From IMG/VR virus record IMGVR_UViG_3300001866_000188, positions 1 to 41,747 of that record: a stretch of 41,747 nt of DNA, one strand, 5' to 3'. Source of the DNA: a virus (Duplodnaviria > Caudoviricetes). Positions 17,998 to 24,678 of this stretch are shown piece by piece. A program made the position numbers and the translations under genes. The notes under the pieces are model-generated. The model was not told where the DNA came from, ran no database searches, and was given only the letters and a program-made list of their open reading frames with translations. Every line of letters begins with the position of its first letter. Position 1 is the stretch's first letter.

Positions 17998-18858
17998 TTA
18001 CGCTCCGGTTGTAAAGTTAATAATACTCGGACTTGCGAGAACATTTCCGGCAACATCGTGAACGCCGGTGATGACTAATAAATAATCGGTCGACGCGTCA
18101 AGGTCGCTGGTCGGATTAATGCTTACAATGGTATTAGTCGGAGCATTAAGTGTCAGAGTTGTTGCAACTGCAACTCCCGCATCTGTGGTCAGAATAAAGT
18201 GATCAGCGGTAACGTCACCCGCCTGAATAGCTTCGCTGAAAGTAACTGACAGGTTGGCAGTTTTGCTTATGCCGGTAGCCGCATCCGCAGGAACGGTGCT
18301 TGAAATAGTCGGCGGAGTAGTATCCGGAGTTACGGTTAACGCGATAGCGGTTTCGTTGAATTCTATGACGGGCTGATCTTGAATCCAAACATCGAGGGTG
18401 ATAGACACATAATCCCCGTATTTGGCCCCGATCTCATACGTACCAGGCTTTACCCGGCAATTTGTAAGGGTGACATGGGCATCGCCCAGGCCATCATCAA
18501 CCTTTGTCATTTGACCGGCCAATTTAAACAGAGGGAGAGTAGTTCCCCTGGGTGCAAAAGTATAGCTTACCTGTTGACTCGGAGTAGTACCGCTATCCGC
18601 GATTGTCCCGCCCATCACTACAGAAAGCACATTCATTGGAATCTTGTTGAAGGCCAATTTCGCACCATACCCCTTGACATAGGAATATTGATCTTCGGTG
18701 TCATCGCCCTCCAGCATCTTGCCTCCAATTTCTACACTCGGCGCATACTGGGTAATTTTCGGTACATCATAGCCGGTACCCCATCCGCCGCTTCCATTGG
18801 TCGGGTACACCTTAACATCATTAAGTCCAAATGCCGCTGATTCACGTGCCAATGTCAT
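17998..18858 (-). CDS. Major tail protein with C-terminal Ig-like (Big_5) domain
   Basis: FGLNDVK, LEGDD; C-terminal DTTPPTI..P...ATG..VTFSE..DVAGN.L..FTT. Confidence 0.85.
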   Translation of the reverse strand: MTLARESAAFGLNDVKVYPTNGSGGWGTGYDVPKITQYAPSVEIGGKMLEGDDTEDQYSYVKGYGAKLAFNKIPMNVLSVVMGGTIADSGTTPSQQVSYTFAPRGTTLPLFKLAGQMTKVDDGLGDAHVTLTNCRVKPGTYEIGAKYGDYVSITLDVWIQDQPVIEFNETAIALTVTPDTTPPTISSTVPADAATGISKTANLSVTFSEAIQAGDVTADHFILTTDAGVAVATTLTLNAPTNTIVSINPTSDLDASTDYLLVITGVHDVAGNVLASPSIINFTTGA

Positions 18859-18875
18859 TTGTTATTCCTCCTTTA

Positions 18876-19262
18876 TTAATCCCTGGAAGTTCTTATTTCC
18901 AGGTTGAACACAAAAACAACGCGATTGCTCGCGTCAGTTTCAAGTTTAAATGGTGTTTGTAGTGCCCTCACCCATGCACGCCGCCCATTCATTGTAAGTG
19001 TCCGGGCATCCGGCTTATCTAAGGCTCCATGTATTGCCCAGGCTTTGGCCCGGGCAGTTGTATAGCTCTTATTTCTCACCAGGATCTGAATCCTGCGAGA
19101 TAAGTCGTCCTGGATGTCGGATGGTTCGCCGGCATATTCAAAGACACATATGAGGTTATCCGGCGTATCTGGTCGCACATCCAGGAATATATCCGTGCCG
19201 ATGGTAGTGACCTGGCCCTGAGTTATCAGGTAAGCGGCGACATCTCTTGTTAACTCAGGCAT
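18876..19262 (-). CDS. Tail terminator (minor capsid family)
   Basis: PDTPD..EY.G, QILVR, LETD.SNR..F.FN. Confidence 0.8.
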   Translation of the reverse strand: MPELTRDVAAYLITQGQVTTIGTDIFLDVRPDTPDNLICVFEYAGEPSDIQDDLSRRIQILVRNKSYTTARAKAWAIHGALDKPDARTLTMNGRRAWVRALQTPFKLETDASNRVVFVFNLEIRTSRD

Positions 19263-19755
19263 TCACAACCACCACCTCCCCGTTAACTAAAATTCTTTTG
19301 GGTGCATTAGGAAAAGCGCAATGTATCTTAGAATGGTCAGAATGCAAAATAACCACCAAATTTAATGGGTGGTTATTTAATGTATCGCCATCTAAATGAT
19401 GTACATGTTCGTGCCTCTTAAGTTTTCGTCCCAATATATTCTCCATAACATAACGATGCTCATATACCCATCTACCATCATCACGCTTTATTAGCCAATA
19501 TATTAGGCCATCTCGCGAAAGGTGTTGTCTTCGCGTTCCCGGCGGCACCCATTTTGCACTGTTTTCCCCAGTATGCTTGGCGCGAGTCTCGGAGTTTTTC
19601 ATTGGGTTATGAATTCTAGCCCAATGTCCTTGTTTAAACCGTTTTAACTTGCCGTCTTTTGCCCCGATCACCATTTCCCCACAACCACACGCACAAAGTC
19701 TTGGGATATGAAGCTCTGGTTTGTAGCGTGGATGGTTAATACCCAATAGTGGCAT
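19255..19755 (-). CDS. Free-standing HNH endonuclease
   Basis: CACGCG N-terminal motif; YEHRYVME..LGR..EHVHHLDGD.LNN.P.NL. Confidence 0.88.
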   Translation of the reverse strand: MPLLGINHPRYKPELHIPRLCACGCGEMVIGAKDGKLKRFKQGHWARIHNPMKNSETRAKHTGENSAKWVPPGTRRQHLSRDGLIYWLIKRDDGRWVYEHRYVMENILGRKLKRHEHVHHLDGDTLNNHPLNLVVILHSDHSKIHCAFPNAPKRILVNGEVVVVNA

Positions 19756-19770
19756 TTACATCATTCCTTA

Positions 19771-20124
19771 TTATTTTGAATTGAGGGTATTTTTGATACA
19801 GGTTTCTACTGACTTCATAATCTTTGGTGCCAAACGATTAAATGGGTCTTCCAGATATTTAGGTTTTCTGCCCTTGGGGTGATTTAAGCTTAGATCCTCG
19901 TGCATTTTAACTGCATAAGGAGTATTGTACGAAATATATACCGCATTCTCTGTTGGAACATCAGTAACAGTCCCGCTGCGCATGAGAGTGCCAGAATCGT
20001 GAGGTACCTCGTCGTGGCTTTCGGTCAAAACAGCCTCAGCCCCTGTATGCAAAGCCTCCATGGCCGCCGCCTTTGCTATTTGCTCCGCTAGGTCTCCGCG
20101 CCAAATAAGCTCAGACATCAGCAA
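19771..20124 (-). CDS. HK97 gp10-like head-tail protein
   Basis: VPHDSGTLMRS, YNTPYA..HE, KYLEDP. Confidence 0.82.
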   Translation of the reverse strand: MLMSELIWRGDLAEQIAKAAAMEALHTGAEAVLTESHDEVPHDSGTLMRSGTVTDVPTENAVYISYNTPYAVKMHEDLSLNHPKGRKPKYLEDPFNRLAPKIMKSVETCIKNTLNSK

Positions 20125-20411
20125 GCCACCTCCCTATACAGTACCTGGCCACCCATGTCCGGTGTTTCTGATACCGCAATAACTGGCCATTCCCTATCGC
20201 CAAATGTCATAATATCTCCTGGTTGAACAGCTTCCTTACAATACACCCGGGCTTCACTTACAACTTCCTGGCCTTGCTGGTTACGAACCATGCGCCTCTT
20301 GCCTTCCCAGCGAACCCGGATATCTGTATCAACAGTATCCGGCTCCCCGTATTCATCTTGCCCGGTCTTTCTTTTCCATGTAGCTGCCTGATTGAGCATT
20401 CCTTCAATCAT
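20118..20411 (-). CDS. Head closure / head-tail joining protein
   Basis: DEYGEP, G.EVVS.A.VY; position in the neck module. Confidence 0.75.
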   Translation of the reverse strand: MIEGMLNQAATWKRKTGQDEYGEPDTVDTDIRVRWEGKRRMVRNQQGQEVVSEARVYCKEAVQPGDIMTFGDREWPVIAVSETPDMGGQVLYREVAC

Positions 20412-20947
20412 CTGATCATCACGCTCCCCGACAGATAAGACCGGAGTAACTCCCGGGCTTCAGGGCAGAGTATAGTTGTCCGCCGATTGCTTTGGGCCTG
20501 ACTCTGCCCTGCATATTCATTGGCGCTGCCAACTGAACCACCGACAATACCTAGAACATGCTGCTTGTTGCGGTGCCGCTCATAATCCGTCAGCCCTAAC
20601 AAGAAAAGAGCCTGTTCGCAACAGGCGTTTTTTACCACCTGGGGTATATCGGTGTCGCAAACCCATCCATCTGCCATGGGTTCAGGAAGATTGCCCACGT
20701 ATTCGACCATGCTGATCAGGTCACCCGGGTAACAGCGCGGGAACTGCAGCGTTTGCAGCGAGAACTGTTTTTTGCGACCTTTTAAGGTCAGCCTGTCTAT
20801 ATGCTTGGTGGACATGATCAGTGCCCGGGCTTGGTCATCTGCACTTGCAGCAGTCCAGGCATCGGCATGCAGACGATCGTTAAAATAGGCTGTCGCTTCC
20901 GCCAAAGTGGCATATATGTTTATTCCGACAGTTAGGGTTACTGTCAC
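20408..20947 (-). CDS. Head-tail adaptor (DnaT-like family)
   Basis: Y.TLAEA..YF, Q.LQFPR, IP..VK.A.CEQA. Confidence 0.78.
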   Translation of the reverse strand: MTVTLTVGINIYATLAEATAYFNDRLHADAWTAASADDQARALIMSTKHIDRLTLKGRKKQFSLQTLQFPRCYPGDLISMVEYVGNLPEPMADGWVCDTDIPQVVKNACCEQALFLLGLTDYERHRNKQHVLGIVGGSVGSANEYAGQSQAQSNRRTTILCPEARELLRSYLSGSVMIR

Positions 20948-21274
20948 TTACATCACCTTCGCTCGCAACGCCTCCAGCAAGGCATCTTTGTTCATCTTGT
21001 TAAAACCCTCGATTCTATCCTCCTTGGCCTTTTCTTTGAGTTCGGCCACTGTCATTTCTTCCAGTTGGTCCATTTCGGGACTGCCGACATCTGTTGCCTG
21101 GGTGTTGCCGGTCTCCTCTTCTGGGGGGTCCATGTCAGCTACAACCTGTTCCTCTATCTGTTCTGCAATCCCACAGTTGATCCAACGTTTTGCGGTAGAA
21201 TTATCAACCTCAGTTTCATCCCCGACCTTTAAGGCCTTTCCCCAGAATGTAGGTTTAATCATCCTCATTTTCAT
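20948..21274 (-). CDS. Small head-associated protein with Rho-N/HeH domain
   Basis: C-terminal LEEMTVAELKEKAKE..I.G..KMNK..L. Confidence 0.75.
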   Translation of the reverse strand: MKMRMIKPTFWGKALKVGDETEVDNSTAKRWINCGIAEQIEEQVVADMDPPEEETGNTQATDVGSPEMDQLEEMTVAELKEKAKEDRIEGFNKMNKDALLEALRAKVM

Positions 21275-21293
21275 GGATTATTCCTCCTGACTC

Positions 21294-21911
21294 TTATGCC
21301 TTCAAATAAACATCCACTACGGTTCCATTCAGGGCGCTATTAAGATCCACGGTATTGCTTTCAAATGCTGTCGTGCTAGTAGCCACCGTTGGGGCCGTGC
21401 CCTCTAAAACATTGTTTAAGTATGCCTTGTCAACCGTATTGTGAGCCAGTTTAAACGGCAGGCCCAGCTTTTCGCCGAAGCCAATGGCGGTAGTGGCCCC
21501 GGTGCCATCGTGAGCAGGAATAGTAATGCTCGTAACGGTTTTAAAGGCCTTGCTTCCCGTGACAGTTCCGGCGGTATCAGCGGTGAACGCGGGCAAGGTC
21601 TCGGTAATCGCTTCATCAGCATAGTTGGTGCCGGCAATAATCACCTGAACAGCTTTGATGTCTGCAGCTGTGCCTCCTGCGGTAGCAGTAATATTCCGGG
21701 GTACACTCGGCTGAGTAATTCCGGTGCTAATCACCTGTTGGGCACCAGTATCGGTTACTGCAGTATGAATGCCATCAGTATCGGCTGCTGTAGCATTGGC
21801 TGCACTAATCTGGAAATGTGCATCGAAGGCTCGGTCAACAGTGACGCCTTCGATGCCTGTTTGCATAACTTGTCCCAGGTTGGGGTTAAAGGGATAAAAG
21901 CCACTCATCAA
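21294..21911 (-). CDS. Putative head decoration protein
   Basis: Thr/Ala/Gly-rich beta protein directly after the major capsid gene; AGGAGG SD. Confidence 0.6.
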   Translation of the reverse strand: MMSGFYPFNPNLGQVMQTGIEGVTVDRAFDAHFQISAANATAADTDGIHTAVTDTGAQQVISTGITQPSVPRNITATAGGTAADIKAVQVIIAGTNYADEAITETLPAFTADTAGTVTGSKAFKTVTSITIPAHDGTGATTAIGFGEKLGLPFKLAHNTVDKAYLNNVLEGTAPTVATSTTAFESNTVDLNSALNGTVVDVYLKA

Positions 21912-21976
21912 ACATTCCTCCTTTAAAATAGGCGACCCCAGAGACTAATCCCCCCTGAGGTCAAACAACGTCGGCA

Positions 21977-22966
21977 TTATGGTCTTAAAATTGCGAATGG
22001 ATAGCGGCTCGCTTCAACCGGCTGCAATGCATTGATCGGATTGGGCAGCTGCCAGCCCAGTCTCATAACAGCCCGCAGAGCAACCATGTCCTGCTGAGCT
22101 AGGTTATAAACGATATTTCCAGCGGCGTCTTGGATAACCGCTTCGGTCAACACTTTGTAGGTAATATCCTGACGAATGGCATATACCAGTTGCTGCCAGT
22201 CACCAGATATCAGCAGGCTCTGGGATGCATCTATAGACCCATTCTTCGGTAAGACCATGTCTTCTCCATCCAGGGTATAGCGGGTCTTTTCCTGCACTGA
22301 GCTGTTGAATATCGGTACGCCATTTGCATCGCGCAGGCCACGCAGTTTGGCTTTCATGGTCATGGCAGCCACATGGCCGGTTACCCCGTAGCCATCAGCT
22401 TCAACCAGAGCCAGTACGCCAGATTCACCCATAATATCGTCATAAACATCTACTCCGGTACCCAGGACAACTGAATTTCCGGCTGCTAATGCTGCGGCCA
22501 GAATATTGATCGGCCAGGTTGCCGGGGCATTGGTACCGTAGAGAACAGCCTGGTCATAAGCTTTGCCAAAGGCCTCCGTCATTCTGGGTTTTACCTCTCC
22601 CCAGATATCATAATCGGCATCATCAAGTACCGCCTCGGGTATAGGCACGATAACCGCAAGTTCTTCAGCAACAATAGACTTGTTCCCCCAGGCCAGTTCT
22701 GCGGTCTGTTTCAGGCCTCCGCCAGATGATCCTGCTTCACCATTCACAAAATAGGCAGTCATCAGTGCGGCCAATATCGGCAGTGTCCGCTGTCTTCTAC
22801 TCATATTGGGTAGCTGGCGAGAAAGACTCATTACCGCACTATTCTGGGGGACGTTCTGGATTATTTCTTTGCTAACCTCCGTTGGGATGAGGGCTTCCGC
22901 GTCAGAACGGGAAATAATATCGTTGTATGCAAACCTCTGTAAATCGATATTGAAATATGATTTCAT
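21977..22966 (-). CDS. Major capsid protein (HK97 fold)
   Basis: LIP.EVSKEII, EELAVIVPI.E.VLDD, GDWQQ, NL.QQDMVALRA.MR. Confidence 0.92.
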   Translation of the reverse strand: MKSYFNIDLQRFAYNDIISRSDAEALIPTEVSKEIIQNVPQNSAVMSLSRQLPNMSRRQRTLPILAALMTAYFVNGEAGSSGGGLKQTAELAWGNKSIVAEELAVIVPIPEAVLDDADYDIWGEVKPRMTEAFGKAYDQAVLYGTNAPATWPINILAAALAAGNSVVLGTGVDVYDDIMGESGVLALVEADGYGVTGHVAAMTMKAKLRGLRDANGVPIFNSSVQEKTRYTLDGEDMVLPKNGSIDASQSLLISGDWQQLVYAIRQDITYKVLTEAVIQDAAGNIVYNLAQQDMVALRAVMRLGWQLPNPINALQPVEASRYPFAILRP

Positions 22967-22986
22967 TTAGTCACCTATCCTTTCTC

Positions 22987-23625
22987 TTACCTTCCGGCCA
23001 TTTTCCGGATAAAGTCGTTCATTCCACTGGTTGCGTTGTTCTTGGTCCCTCCTCCACCTGCCGGGTTGCTGCCGCTGCCAACTTTGTTATTGTCGGGTTG
23101 CCCCTTTAGATAGGGCTTGTCTTTTAGAAGAGCCTCCAGGGCTTCCTTTGCGCCTTCCACGTCACCAGAATCATTCACTTTGACCTTGCCCTTGTCCATC
23201 AAGGCCAAGGCTGCATCGGAGTCAATAATTCCTAGCTGAGCAGATATCACTTTGACCTCGGCTTTGATCAGTCTCTGATTGGCTTTTTCCTCGGCCTCCT
23301 GGGCCTTCTTGTTGGCATCTGCCAACTGCTGTTCATAGTTTTTGTTCGGGTCGGGCTCCAGGCCCAATGCTTTGAGTACCTTGGCCATTGTTTCCTGGGA
23401 TGCACCAGCAAGCTTCTGTTCCAGGTCTTTGACTTTGGTTCTATGACCAGCGGCCTCATCACGGAGCTTTTTGACATAGGCTTCATCATAGGTTTTTTGG
23501 GGGTCTCCTCCGCCCTGGCCTCCACCGTCTCCGCCTTCTCCTCCAGTTCCGGCACCACCGTTACCGGCTCCGCCATCACTGTCCATCATGGGTTGTCTAA
23601 ACCCCATCCACCATTTGAGCATCAA
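22987..23625 (-). CDS. Capsid scaffolding protein
   Basis: Gly-rich N-terminus, YVKKLRDEAA..R coiled coil, L..KPYL; precedes the major capsid gene. Confidence 0.85.
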   Translation of the reverse strand: MMLKWWMGFRQPMMDSDGGAGNGGAGTGGEGGDGGGQGGGDPQKTYDEAYVKKLRDEAAGHRTKVKDLEQKLAGASQETMAKVLKALGLEPDPNKNYEQQLADANKKAQEAEEKANQRLIKAEVKVISAQLGIIDSDAALALMDKGKVKVNDSGDVEGAKEALEALLKDKPYLKGQPDNNKVGSGSNPAGGGGTKNNATSGMNDFIRKMAGR

Positions 23626-23951
23626 GCTCCCTCCTCCTTCTCTGGCTCCTGGCCAACGTTAAATAAATTTGGATTATCTAAGATAACCTGAAGAAAGCCG
23701 GTTGCTAAAGCATCGACCGTCTTCTCGGTGTTATCCTCCCTCAGATCGATGTAATGCTCCCTCACAATCGCATGTACTATCTCATGCGCCAACGTCTGCA
23801 GTTTTTTCATTGGCGCCCGGTCTTTCAATATTTCAATTTTCAAATCATCATAAACAACTACTCCATCGCATTCCCGTCCGTTTAACACGATTGGGCCATC
23901 GACTTCAGATATCGTATACGTAAAAATCCCTACTTTAACCTTATCTTTCAT
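23622..23951 (-). CDS. Small HExxH zincin-like (ImmA/IrrE-like) protein
   Basis: TLAHEIVHAI..E..V..LA.G; AAGGAGG SD before ATG 23951. Confidence 0.72.
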   Translation of the reverse strand: MKDKVKVGIFTYTISEVDGPIVLNGRECDGVVVYDDLKIEILKDRAPMKKLQTLAHEIVHAIVREHYIDLREDNTEKTVDALATGFLQVILDNPNLFNVGQEPEKEEGA

Positions 23952-23977
23952 GCTGACCTCCTTATGTTTTTTTGGTA

Positions 23978-24021
23978 TAAAAAAACACCCTGGTAAGCTA
24001 AAATACTTACCAGAGGTGTTT
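23978..24021 (-). terminator. Long hairpin / rho-independent terminator
   Basis: Minus strand AAACACCTCTGGTAAG..CTTACCAGGGTGTTT plus T-run. Confidence 0.65.
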
Positions 24022-24023
24022 AT

Positions 24024-24371
24024 ATGGACAAACCTATTATTGATCCTGAGTGGACTATTGAGAATGATCGCCAATCTGTGACGGTCGGAATAAATACCCG
24101 CCTGTGGATTCTTCGCCAGGAAAACAAAACTCCCACCCTGATCCGCTTGGGGAAAGAACATTCCCGTCTATTTTGGAAACAGCGTGGCGTTGACTACATC
24201 CCTAACAAGCCAATCAAATTGATATCGGGTGACGTCTTCTGGGATGAAGAACGCCGCTGCTGGTGCTACTCCAAACGGATGATTCCTATGCGCTTTAATG
24301 ACCATCAAATTATTGGTATTGCTGCAGAGGGGATACCTAAGCCGGAAAAGGGCAAAAAGAAAAGCACCTGA
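24024..24371 (+). CDS. Hypothetical protein on the opposite strand (moron-like)
   Basis: 115-aa ORF filling the gap between two hairpins; GAGGTG SD. Confidence 0.55.
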   Translation: MDKPIIDPEWTIENDRQSVTVGINTRLWILRQENKTPTLIRLGKEHSRLFWKQRGVDYIPNKPIKLISGDVFWDEERRCWCYSKRMIPMRFNDHQIIGIAAEGIPKPEKGKKKST

Positions 24372-24384
24372 TTTCCCAGGCGCT
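24354..24384 (-). terminator. Rho-independent terminator after the toxin-immunity pair
   Basis: AGCGCCTG-GGAAAT-CAGGTGCT followed by TTTCTTTTT. Confidence 0.6.
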
Positions 24385-24399
24385 GGATTCTTGTGACGA

Positions 24400-24678
24400 T
24401 CAGCTGTTTATCGCCCTTAAGTAAGCCTTTCGAACCTCATTTTTTTGGTCGGTTGTTAGTTTGTAATCATATTGCTCCAGTTCCTCAGGTTTAAACGCAT
24501 CAATATCCATAATCTCAAAGGCAACAACTTTTTCAGTTCCCTTATCTAGCATTTGCATGTCGGCAAAGACTTCATCCGGGCCGTCCTCTCCCACTCCAAC
24601 GCATTGTTCATAATCTTCAAAGACAATGAGTAGCGACCGGCCTGTTTTATCAATATTCACTAATCCTTTTTGGACCAT
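24400..24678 (-). CDS. Putative immunity protein (DUF2283-like)
   Basis: Small, acidic, VVAFEIMD motif; overlaps the 3' end of the MuF toxin gene. Confidence 0.65.
   Translation of the reverse strand: MVQKGLVNIDKTGRSLLIVFEDYEQCVGVGEDGPDEVFADMQMLDKGTEKVVAFEIMDIDAFKPEELEQYDYKLTTDQKNEVRKAYLRAINS

Noticed and set aside
23952-24161. N-terminal extension of ORF 23622..24161
   Set aside because: It crosses a terminator hairpin and the opposite-strand ORF; a strong SD supports ATG 23951.
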